Assembly: GCA_046297395.1 (NCBI GenBank)
Contig: JBKCNM010000105.1
Location: 14,230-78,229 of the forward strand
Length of the DNA stretch: 64,000 nt
Origin: Bacteroidota bacterium
GTDB taxonomy: Bacteria > Bacteroidota > Bacteroidia > UBA4408
Reading direction: 5' to 3'
The translations under genes and the position numbers were made by a program. The notes under the pieces are model-generated. The model did no database searches. It had not been told where the DNA came from and worked only from the letters and a program-made list of their open reading frames with translations. Shown here in pieces: positions 49,453-58,352 of the stretch. Positions within the stretch are counted from its first letter, which is position 1. Each line of letters begins with the position of its first letter.

Positions 49453-50456
49453 TGGAAAGCATACTAATTACAGGTGGAACGGGGTCTTTCGGAAAGGCTT
49501 TCGTAAAAAAAATTCTCAAGGATTATCCCGAGGTAAAACGATTGGTCGTTTACTCCAGAGACGAGCAAAAGCAGTTTCAGATGGCGCACGAGTTTCCTAC
49601 CGACAAATACCCTGCTATGCGGTATTTTATTGGTGACATCAGAGACTATGACCGCCTTAAGATGGCATTAAAAGGGATTGATACGGTAGTTCATGCAGCG
49701 GCTATGAAGCATGTTCCAATTGCTGAATACAATCCCATGGAATGTATCAAAACCAATATTATTGGAGCAGAAAACATCATCAATGCATGCCTTGAGTCCG
49801 ATGTAAAAAATGTGGTAGCCTTATCTACGGATAAAGCCGCTGCACCTATCAATTTATACGGCGCCTCCAAATTGGCGAGCGACAAACTTTTTATTGCAGC
49901 CAATAATATCAAAGGAGCAAAAGATATTCGCTTCTCTGTGGTAAGATATGGGAATGTAATGGGTTCAAATGGTTCAGTAATTCCATTTTTCATGGAGAAG
50001 CGGAAAACCGGCGTTTTGCCAATCACCGATCCCAACATGACCCGTTTCAATATTTCGCTTGATGAAGGCGTAGACATGGTACTTTTTGCCATGGAAAATG
50101 CGTGGGGAGGAGAATTATATGTACCTAAAATTCCCTCTTATAAAATAACAGATGTAGCTACTGCAATTGCTCCTGATTGTGAACATAAAGTGGTAGGCAT
50201 TAGGCCTGGAGAAAAGATTCATGAAGAAATGATCACTGCATCTGATTCCTACAGCACCTATGATCTTGGTAAATACTATGTAATATTACCGCAGGTGCCG
50301 AGCTGGAAGCTTGCTGATTTCATCGATTATCACAAACCAATTGCTGTTGCTCCTGGATTTTGTTACAATTCCGGAAGCAATACTGATTGGCTGAATGTGG
50401 AAGATATTCGTAAACTTATTAGACTGCATGTAGATCCTGAATTTTCAGAAAAGTAA
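49452..50456 (+). CDS. pseB: UDP-N-acetylglucosamine 4,6-dehydratase (inverting)
   Basis: ILITGGTGSFGKAFVKKIL, YGASKLASDK and VRYGNVMGSNGSV are PseB/FlaA1-type SDR motifs. It sits in pse operon context. Confidence 0.9.
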   Translation: MESILITGGTGSFGKAFVKKILKDYPEVKRLVVYSRDEQKQFQMAHEFPTDKYPAMRYFIGDIRDYDRLKMALKGIDTVVHAAAMKHVPIAEYNPMECIKTNIIGAENIINACLESDVKNVVALSTDKAAAPINLYGASKLASDKLFIAANNIKGAKDIRFSVVRYGNVMGSNGSVIPFFMEKRKTGVLPITDPNMTRFNISLDEGVDMVLFAMENAWGGELYVPKIPSYKITDVATAIAPDCEHKVVGIRPGEKIHEEMITASDSYSTYDLGKYYVILPQVPSWKLADFIDYHKPIAVAPGFCYNSGSNTDWLNVEDIRKLIRLHVDPEFSEK

Positions 50457-50457
50457 A

Positions 50458-51639
50458 ATGAAACCCATCCCATACGGAAGACAATACATCAGTGAGGAAG
50501 ATATAAAGGCGGTGATGGATACATTGCAATCTGATTACCTCACACAGGGTCCGAAAATTGCTGAGTTTGAAAAAGCATTTGCTGATTATGTTGGAAGTAA
50601 ATACGCCGTTGCGGTTTCCAATGGAACGGCTGCACTTCACCTTTGCGCCATGGCAATGGATGTAAAACCGGGTGAAAAAGTAATCACCACACCCATCACT
50701 TTTGCCGCTTCGGCAAATTGCATTCGCTATTGTGGAGGTGAAGTTGTTTTTGCAGATATTGACCCATCAACTTACCTACTTGACATAAACAAAGTTCGTG
50801 AGCTTCTTGAAGCTTCACCCAAGGGAACCTTTGCCGGAATCATTCCTGTAGATTTTGCTGGAAGAGCGGTGAACCTGGAGCAATTCCGATTGCTTGCAAG
50901 TGAATTTAATCTTTGGATGATTGAAGATGCCTGTCATGCACCCGGAGCGTACTTTACAGACAGCAAAGGAAACAAGCAGTTGTGTGGCAATGGAAATGAT
51001 GCAGACCTCGCCATATTTTCATTTCATCCCGTTAAACATATTGCCTGTGGAGAGGGAGGGATGATCACAACAAACGATGAGACGCTCTACAAAAGACTTT
51101 TGAAACTGCGTACACATGGAATCGTGAAAGACGATTCACAATACAGCAATTCAATAGACTTTGCAGGTGGCACAGATGCCTATCCTCTTTGGTATATGGA
51201 GATGCAGGAATTGGGATACAACTACCGGCTCACCGATTTTCAGGCAGCCCTTGGAAGCAGTCAACTTAAACGCGCAGACCAAGGATTAGAAAAAAGAAAG
51301 GAAATTGCAAAGAGATACAGCGATGCTTTTTCGGGAAAAGATTTTATCGTTGGTCAATCCGGAATAGTTGAGGGACATGCGTATCATCTGTATATCATTG
51401 AAGTAAAAAACAGATTAGGCCTTTACAATTTTCTGCGGACCCAAGGAATTTATGCACAGATTCATTACATCCCTTGTCATCTGATGCCCTATTACCGGCA
51501 GCAAGGATGGAATGAAGGCGATTTACCACATGCAGAAACATACTACAGGCATTGCATCAGTTTGCCTATGTATCCTACGCTCACTGATACGGAACAAGAC
51601 TTTGTGATTACACAAATTCTGACTCACTATCATGAGTAA
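50458..51639 (+). CDS. pseC: UDP-4-amino-4,6-dideoxy-N-acetyl-beta-L-altrosamine transaminase (DegT family)
   Basis: IPYGRQYISEEDI start. PLP-lysine context FSFHPVKHIACGEGG. Confidence 0.9.
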   Translation: MKPIPYGRQYISEEDIKAVMDTLQSDYLTQGPKIAEFEKAFADYVGSKYAVAVSNGTAALHLCAMAMDVKPGEKVITTPITFAASANCIRYCGGEVVFADIDPSTYLLDINKVRELLEASPKGTFAGIIPVDFAGRAVNLEQFRLLASEFNLWMIEDACHAPGAYFTDSKGNKQLCGNGNDADLAIFSFHPVKHIACGEGGMITTNDETLYKRLLKLRTHGIVKDDSQYSNSIDFAGGTDAYPLWYMEMQELGYNYRLTDFQAALGSSQLKRADQGLEKRKEIAKRYSDAFSGKDFIVGQSGIVEGHAYHLYIIEVKNRLGLYNFLRTQGIYAQIHYIPCHLMPYYRQQGWNEGDLPHAETYYRHCISLPMYPTLTDTEQDFVITQILTHYHE

Positions 51640-52327
51640 TGTATGTATCATACCTGCCAGAGGGGGAAGCAAGCGTATCCCACGAAAAAATATTAGAGAT
51701 TTTTGTGGCAAGCCTATTATCGCTTATTCCATTGAAGCTGCCATACAAAGCAATTTGTTCGAAGAAGTAATGGTATCAACAGATGATGCAGAAATTGAAA
51801 AAATTGCATTAAAATTTGGAGCCAAGGTACCATTCTTAAGAAGTTCAAAGAACGCTGATGATTTTGCTACTACTGTGGATGTTTTAACAGAAGTGATCGG
51901 ACAATATAAGAACGCAGGTAAAGAATTCAACACCCTTTGTTGTTGCTATCCTACAGCTGCATTTGTTACATCTCAGAAATTGAAGGAGGGATATGAACTA
52001 TTAAATATCCAAAATGCAGATGTCGTTCTTCCGGTTGTGGAATACAGCTATCCCATTCAAAGGAGTGTAATGATGGATAATGATCATCGGGTTTCCATGA
52101 AATGGCCGGAATTTATACATGCGCGCTCACAGGATTTGGAAAAATCTTATCATGATGCAGGCCAATGGTATTGGGTAAAGATTGATTCACTTTTACAGAA
52201 TAAAAGTTTATTTACAAAAAACACTTTTGGTGTTTCTCTTAGTCATTTAGAGGTGCAGGATATCGATAATGAATCCGATTGGCGCATAGCAGAGATAAAA
52301 TATGAATTCCTACAAAGCCTTACATAA
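51632..52327 (+). CDS. pseF: Pseudaminic acid cytidylyltransferase (CMP-nonulosonate synthetase family)
   Basis: IIPARGGSKRIPRKNI motif. 231 aa. Overlaps both neighbours. Confidence 0.85.
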   Translation: MSNVCIIPARGGSKRIPRKNIRDFCGKPIIAYSIEAAIQSNLFEEVMVSTDDAEIEKIALKFGAKVPFLRSSKNADDFATTVDVLTEVIGQYKNAGKEFNTLCCCYPTAAFVTSQKLKEGYELLNIQNADVVLPVVEYSYPIQRSVMMDNDHRVSMKWPEFIHARSQDLEKSYHDAGQWYWVKIDSLLQNKSLFTKNTFGVSLSHLEVQDIDNESDWRIAEIKYEFLQSLT

Positions 52328-52853
52328 GCAAATTTTCACCCTGGGTGAGTATGCACTCGTCCCGATTCGCTTCGAGGACAGGATGGACATCATGCAATGG
52401 CGGAATGAACAGATTTATCATTTGCGCCAAGCTGAACCACTGACAAAAGAAGCACAAGATGCCTATTTTGAAAATGTAATAGCCAAATTATTTGATCAGG
52501 AAAAACCTCAACAAATACTTTTTTCATTACTTCGATCCGGAGAATGCATTGGTTATGGTGGACTTGTACACATAAACTGGATTGACCGACATGCAGAGAT
52601 TTCCTTCATTATGAAAACCTCGCTTGAAAAGGAAGAATTTCACTCAATCTGGGGAACCTACCTGAAAATGATAGAAGAAATAGGATTCATGGAGATAGAA
52701 TTTCATAAATTATTTGTTTATGCATTTGACCTCAGGCCCCATTTATATGAAGTGCTTCAGGAGAACAAGTATTTTTTGGATGCGCGATTACAAGAACATT
52801 GCCTATATAAAGGCAAGTTTATTGATGTTATCATTTATTCCAAGATAAAATGA
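52302..52853 (+). CDS. pseH: GNAT-family N-acetyltransferase, PseH-like
   Basis: 183 aa. The GNAT core (IGYGGLVHINWIDRHAEISF) and its position between pseF and pseI fit PseH. The assignment relies on context. Confidence 0.65.
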   Translation: MNSYKALHKQIFTLGEYALVPIRFEDRMDIMQWRNEQIYHLRQAEPLTKEAQDAYFENVIAKLFDQEKPQQILFSLLRSGECIGYGGLVHINWIDRHAEISFIMKTSLEKEEFHSIWGTYLKMIEEIGFMEIEFHKLFVYAFDLRPHLYEVLQENKYFLDARLQEHCLYKGKFIDVIIYSKIK

Positions 52854-53713
52854 AAATCGGGGTTCTTTGCTCAGGCAATTTAGGAATGAAAGTGCTGGAA
52901 CAATTATTCAATGAATTTTCTATTGCATTTGTTTTGACAGATTCTAAGTCAGAGGGTATTCTAGCCTTTTGCTACAAGCATGCATTACCGGTATTCAAGG
53001 GAAATCCAAGAAATGGAAACTCCAGAAGCTTTTTACATGGAAAAGAATGTGAAGTATTACTATCGGTCAATTATCTTTTTTTAGTTGATCAAGATTTGAT
53101 TGATTTCCCAAAAAAATATGCAATAAATATTCACGGATCACTTCTGCCAAAGTATCGGGGACGAACCCCGCATGTTTGGGCCATAATTAACAACGAGAAA
53201 AAAACCGGTATCACAGCTCACTTAATAGATATTGAGTGCGATGCAGGAGCCCTCATTGAGCAGGTGGAGGTTGAGATTGAACAAAGCGACACAGGTGCAT
53301 CCATTTTACAGAAATACGAAATCTTATACTGGCCGCTTATTCAAAAGACCCTTCGAATGATTCCGAAAAACGACTTGATAACGACACCACAGAATCAAAC
53401 AAAAGCAACATATTTCGGCAAAAGGACTCCCGATGATGGAAAGATTGATTGGAGTTGGCAAAAGGAGCGTATTTTCAACTGGGTTAGGGCACAGGCACAT
53501 CCATACCCAGGCGCATTTACTTATCTGAATGGAGAAAAATTAATCATTGATTCAATTTCATTTACTGATGATGGCTTCAATGATGAAATACCAAACGGAC
53601 AGATAATGTCCTTCCATCCCTTAAAAGTAAAAACCCCTAATGGGGTAATTAAAATTGAGAAATACCGCGGAGAATTGGAAATAAACCAACAAACAAAAAT
53701 TGTCTTAGGATGA
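52850..53713 (+). CDS. Formyltransferase (Fmt/PurN-like N-terminal domain plus C-terminal domain)
   Basis: INIHGSLLPKYRGRTPHVWAI is the formyl-transferase catalytic motif. 287 aa. ATGA overlaps on both sides. Confidence 0.8.
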   Translation: MKIGVLCSGNLGMKVLEQLFNEFSIAFVLTDSKSEGILAFCYKHALPVFKGNPRNGNSRSFLHGKECEVLLSVNYLFLVDQDLIDFPKKYAINIHGSLLPKYRGRTPHVWAIINNEKKTGITAHLIDIECDAGALIEQVEVEIEQSDTGASILQKYEILYWPLIQKTLRMIPKNDLITTPQNQTKATYFGKRTPDDGKIDWSWQKERIFNWVRAQAHPYPGAFTYLNGEKLIIDSISFTDDGFNDEIPNGQIMSFHPLKVKTPNGVIKIEKYRGELEINQQTKIVLG

Positions 53714-54756
53714 AAGTCAGTAATTACCTCATTAACGCTGAATCACCATGTTTCATAATAGCTGAATTATCAGCAAATCACAATGGAAGTATTGAAACAG
53801 CCATAGAAACGATTCGTGCCGCCAAAAGGGCTGGCGCAGATTGCATAAAACTTCAGACATATACTGCTGATACATTAACCATTGATTCATCTCAAAAAGA
53901 TTTTATTATCAACTCCGGATCGATCTGGGATGGAAAGAATTATTATCAACTGTACCAAGAAGCCTATACTCCATGGGAATGGCATGAAAAATTGTTTCAG
54001 GTGGCAAAAGCAGAAGGCCTAGTATGTTTTTCTTCACCCTTTGATAAAACTGCTGTGGATTTTTTAGAAAAACTGAATGCCCCGGCCTATAAAATTGCCT
54101 CTTTCGAAATTACCGATATCCCATTAATAGAGTATGCAGCGTCCAAAGGAAAACCTGTGATTATTTCCACAGGTATTGCTACTCTCGAAGATATTAAGCT
54201 TGCACTGGATGCTTGTTACAGAATGGGAAACAAGGATATCGCCCTTCTAAAATGTACTTCCAGCTATCCGGCTCCAGTGGAAGAAGCAAATATGGTGATG
54301 ATAAAAGATATGGCAGAGCGATTCGGTGTACTTACAGGTCTTTCTGATCATACCATGGGTAGCACCGTGCCGGTAGTAGCCACCTGTTATGGGGCGAAGA
54401 TTATTGAGAAACATTTTATTTTAGACAGATCCATCGGTGGCCCGGATGCTTCATTTTCGATGAATGAATTAGAATTTACTGAAATGGTAAAGGCGGTGAG
54501 AGAAGCTGAAAAAGCCATCGGAAAAGTGGATTATTCACTTACCCCTAAACAAGAAAAAGGGAGGGATTTCAGTCGTTCCTTGTATGTTACCGAAGACATG
54601 AAAGCAGGAGACATCATTACCGAAAAAAATGTAAGAAGCATAAGACCGGGGTTTGGACTTCACCCCAAGTTTTATAAAGAAATACTTGGGAAAACCATTA
54701 ATCAAAATGTTTCTAAGGGTAGTAGGTTTAGCTTAGATATGCTTTCAAAAAAATAA
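53710..54756 (+). CDS. pseI: Pseudaminic acid synthase (NeuB family with C-terminal SAF domain)
   Basis: FIIAELSANHNGS, ADCIKLQTY and LKCTSSYPAP motifs. C-terminal SAF-like AGDIITEKNVRSIRPG. Confidence 0.85.
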   Translation: MKVSNYLINAESPCFIIAELSANHNGSIETAIETIRAAKRAGADCIKLQTYTADTLTIDSSQKDFIINSGSIWDGKNYYQLYQEAYTPWEWHEKLFQVAKAEGLVCFSSPFDKTAVDFLEKLNAPAYKIASFEITDIPLIEYAASKGKPVIISTGIATLEDIKLALDACYRMGNKDIALLKCTSSYPAPVEEANMVMIKDMAERFGVLTGLSDHTMGSTVPVVATCYGAKIIEKHFILDRSIGGPDASFSMNELEFTEMVKAVREAEKAIGKVDYSLTPKQEKGRDFSRSLYVTEDMKAGDIITEKNVRSIRPGFGLHPKFYKEILGKTINQNVSKGSRFSLDMLSKK

Positions 54757-54929
54757 GATTTAATCACTTTAAAATAGGTTAAGCATTACATTCACTTGCC
54801 TAACATAAATAAACAAGAAATAGTGTTTGATATTAATTTTTAAGTTCAAATAATAAGAGTAATTTTCTTTTTTAACACTTGATTTAGTATTAAGTAATTG
54901 AATTTTCTTAGCGGTATGAAATATATTTT

Positions 54930-55127
54930 TTATTCTATTCCTTGGATAATCTGTTCTGTTATAGGACATCTTTTAGTGCCCATTTTTTTCAGCGCAAGGC
55001 AAATAGTGATAAGAGATATCTGGAGTTGTTTAGCTATGCTATTCTGCTTCACCCCCGCTTTTACAAGAGACTCTATTTGGTATCTATGCTCTAAACTAGG
55101 TTGTGCGTAATTTCTTGACATAAGCAC
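54930..55127 (-). mobile_element. Decayed IS30-family transposase N-terminal (HTH) fragment
   Basis: The 65-aa ORF reads ...LEHRYQIESLVKAGVKQNSIAKQLQISLITICLALKK.... This resembles the IS30 N-terminus (eERYqIeaLlKaG.sq.eIAr.Lgrs.sTIsRElkRN). No DDE domain follows. It is embedded in an AT-rich 630-nt non-coding gap. Confidence 0.45.
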
Positions 55128-55389
55128 CCTAAAGATTGTACCACTTGGTCAAAAGGAAAAAAGCCCTTAAAAGCCTTACCTTTTTTGTCAAAAAATTGCA
55201 CTAATTTATTGAACAAAATTTTAATAAAATTTTTTGCAACAATGCCTATTAAATATACATTCATTAAAATAAATTCCCTACTACAAAAATTTCTTCATAA
55301 AAAATTGAAACAATCAAAAATACTCATCATCAGGGTTACAAAAATGAAAGTAATTTATTCAAATTTCATTCATCTGACATAAGAGAAAA

Positions 55390-57021
55390 CTAATCAATCT
55401 GCCTGAGTATTCTGAAGATTTGCATATTAGCCAAATGTACTTCCAGCTGTGCCACTCTGCTAACATCCTGAAGTATTACCCTTTTTACGCCTTCGGCCCA
55501 ACCGGTGTCATGAAATGCAACATAAGATCCTGGTTCCAAAAACCTAGAAAACAAATCCCAATCTTTTTTTACTCCTTCGTATTCATGGTCACCATCAATA
55601 AAAAGAAGTGATATTTTTTTGTTTTCTAATTCTTTTGAGGAGGCCATATCGTAACTCCAACCCCTTAGCTTGACAATTTTGTCGCGGTACTTTTTGGTAT
55701 TATTATTAAAATCCAGAAATGTATCTTGTTCTGCATATTTCGGATTGTTTCTGTCTTCTTCGTTGTAGATCATTGCATGATTTCCCCAGGTGTCGATGCA
55801 AAACAGACGGCCGCCTTGAGGCAAAGCCGCCGCAATCATACAAGAACTGGCACCAAGATAACTGCCGATTTCAAGTGCATTAGCATTTTGATTTAATTTC
55901 TTGGCATAGAAATACAAATTCAACTTTTCTTCATCAGTAAGATGAGTTTGAATTTTAAATTCGTTTTTTAGTTTGGCATGAACCAGTTTAGTCCGAATAT
56001 TATATACGAACTTGAATCTTTTTAAAAAGTTTTTTGGTGAAGTAAGCATGCGTATTTGACTTAAAAATGAAGATTTTTGGTTTGATACATCCCATCCAAA
56101 TAATTTAATGAGTTCGGGAGCATTTTGTTTGTGTTTTAACCCTAACTGAAAATTTGCCCACTCTTGTTGTGTTTTGGCAAGATATGGCTCACAAAATAAA
56201 AAAGGGTAACATTCTTTTATAAAATCTTTTTCTCTCCAATCCTGCAATATATCTAACAATTCAGGTGCATTTTTATAAAAGGTAAGTTGCTTGTAGTCAT
56301 CTTTTTTCCACGACGCCCTTGGTCCTGCAATAGAAGGTTTTGCACCAAAAAAGGAGGCATATGCCAAATGAGATCCGAATTCATTGGAAGTAACAAACTC
56401 AAATCGGCTAAACAAATAAGCCAGGCGATCTAGAGAATTAGCATCTTCAACATCAGCGGATTGTATGACTTCTATATTTCTTTTTTCAAACAAATCGATC
56501 CAATACTTTTTAGTGAAACATGCTTTGTGAAGGCAGCAAAGTATGTAACTGAACTTATCAGAAATACTATCGATATAACGCAGATAAGCTTCCTCGTCAA
56601 AATTTTCGGTTGTTTCTTCCAATGTATGCATAGGCATTATAAGCAAGCTGTCTTTGATTCTGCTCACATTTGGTTTTTCAACGTAAATCATAGGTAAGCC
56701 TATGGCATAAACCCTGGTGTAATTTTCACTTTTTAAATAATTTACCTGATCTTGCCTCGATACCAGATAGTTTGCGTTTTTTCGTAATCTAGACAAGCCG
56801 TCAGAACCAATGACAAATTCAGGATGCATGTTACGCTCCGGAATGATGTGCCCATGTTGCCATTCTCCACTAATTTGACTTGGAATTTCTTGTAAACCAC
56901 AGTATTTGGTAGCCACCCAAGCGTCACCGAATGTGTGATTGTTTTTGACGACAATTGGATATAATCTCTTGATTTCTTCGCTAACCTTGAACTCCCCGTT
57001 CATTTTGTAAATTTCGCTCAA
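55390..57021 (-). CDS. Two-domain protein: unknown N-terminal domain of about 350 aa fused to a class I SAM-dependent methyltransferase
   Basis: The C-terminal part has ALEIGSYLGASSCMIAAAL (motif I), RLFCIDTW and LLFIDGDHEYEGVKKDW, an O-methyltransferase-family-3/Methyltransf_24-like pattern. I recognise no family for the N-terminal part. Confidence 0.7.
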   Translation of the reverse strand: MSEIYKMNGEFKVSEEIKRLYPIVVKNNHTFGDAWVATKYCGLQEIPSQISGEWQHGHIIPERNMHPEFVIGSDGLSRLRKNANYLVSRQDQVNYLKSENYTRVYAIGLPMIYVEKPNVSRIKDSLLIMPMHTLEETTENFDEEAYLRYIDSISDKFSYILCCLHKACFTKKYWIDLFEKRNIEVIQSADVEDANSLDRLAYLFSRFEFVTSNEFGSHLAYASFFGAKPSIAGPRASWKKDDYKQLTFYKNAPELLDILQDWREKDFIKECYPFLFCEPYLAKTQQEWANFQLGLKHKQNAPELIKLFGWDVSNQKSSFLSQIRMLTSPKNFLKRFKFVYNIRTKLVHAKLKNEFKIQTHLTDEEKLNLYFYAKKLNQNANALEIGSYLGASSCMIAAALPQGGRLFCIDTWGNHAMIYNEEDRNNPKYAEQDTFLDFNNNTKKYRDKIVKLRGWSYDMASSKELENKKISLLFIDGDHEYEGVKKDWDLFSRFLEPGSYVAFHDTGWAEGVKRVILQDVSRVAQLEVHLANMQIFRILRQID

Positions 57022-57189
57022 AGTTATAAGAAAGATTCATGTTTGCATAAATTTATAATGGATAAAGAGGGGCATGATTTATTTTTTTCAGTTTTGTTTT
57101 TCAGCTTTATCCTATTTGAGATAGGATGTTTTTTATAAATACTATTAAAAAAAATAAAAATAAATTTTTCCTTACCTTTAAAAACCACT

Positions 57190-58224
57190 ATGCTAACCTC
57201 TGTCATCATTCCCACTTTCAACCGTTCAGCCCAACTGACAAAAACGCTGGAGAGCATCGCAAGGCAGAATCTCTCTGAAAAAAGTTATGAAATAATCATC
57301 ATTGATAATGGGTCTACGGATGATACAAATTCTGTTATCAAACAATTTATCAGTTCATTTCCGGCACACAATATCAATAGCTTTTATGATAAGACCCCCG
57401 GCCTTCTCACCGGAAGACACCTCGGAGCCAAAATGGCTAAAGGGGAAATTCTCGTTTTTGCCGATGATGACATCTACGCAAGCGAAAACTGGCTAAGCAC
57501 TATCAATAGTATTTTCAACGATCAGGAAATACAACTAGCAGGTGGCAAATGCCTCCCTGATTTTGAAATCGATCCTCCAAACTGGGTGATAGATTTCTTT
57601 ACGGAAAACCAAGAAGGGAAAATGCTTGCTGAACTCAGCCTTTGTGACTTCGGCAATGAGGTTAAAACAATTTCTCCTGTGTACATATGGGGATTAAACT
57701 TTTCTATTCGAAAAAAAGCACTTTACACATTGGGAGGATTTCATCCGGACAATATTTCTCCGGCATATCAGATGTTTCAGGGTGATGGAGAAACCGGCTT
57801 GGCATTAAAAGCGATTAAAATGAATTATAAATGTATTTACCATCCCCAAAATTTAATATATCATCAAGTTCCTAAATCAAGAATGAGCATTGATTATTTT
57901 GATAAGCGTTTTTTTTATCAGGGTATCTGTGACTCATACACTAAAATTAGAAAATATAAAACCTTAGATCGCTATATCAATCAACCGTCTCTTAAAAATG
58001 AAGCTATCGAATTGCTCAGGCACACGAAAAATCGATTCATCAAAAGTGGCAGTGGAGTGCCTTTACATGAATTCAAAAAAAATGTAGATTTTCTGAAAAT
58101 CAGACTAAACAGTATGTATCATGCCGGTTACAACTTTCATCAACATGCGGCTCAACACAAGGTAGTTTTTGATTGGATCACAAAGTCCGATTACTTTGAT
58201 TACCATTTACCGGAGTTAATATAA
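57190..58224 (+). CDS. GT2-family glycosyltransferase
   Basis: TSVIIPTFNRSAQLTKTLESI, IIIIDNGSTDDT and VFADDD are GT-A/GT2 motifs. Confidence 0.85.
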   Translation: MLTSVIIPTFNRSAQLTKTLESIARQNLSEKSYEIIIIDNGSTDDTNSVIKQFISSFPAHNINSFYDKTPGLLTGRHLGAKMAKGEILVFADDDIYASENWLSTINSIFNDQEIQLAGGKCLPDFEIDPPNWVIDFFTENQEGKMLAELSLCDFGNEVKTISPVYIWGLNFSIRKKALYTLGGFHPDNISPAYQMFQGDGETGLALKAIKMNYKCIYHPQNLIYHQVPKSRMSIDYFDKRFFYQGICDSYTKIRKYKTLDRYINQPSLKNEAIELLRHTKNRFIKSGSGVPLHEFKKNVDFLKIRLNSMYHAGYNFHQHAAQHKVVFDWITKSDYFDYHLPELI

Positions 58225-58352
58225 ATACCTAACTCATTGAACAGCCCTGTTAATCCGAGGCAGTATTTTTTCTTTTCAAAATCTTTTTTACAACTGGCAA
58301 AAGCAATATCAGCAGTATCTTTGCCCAACAACCAAAAAATCCAATTTCCCCC

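Noticed and set aside
55185-55382. A 65-aa ORF and neighbouring small ORFs (54769..54969, 54898..55110) in the AT-rich gap.
   Set aside because: They are Lys/Ile/Asn/Phe-rich translations typical of random AT-rich DNA. They have no start context or motifs. Only the minus-strand ORF at 54930..55127 shows a recognisable IS30-like pattern.
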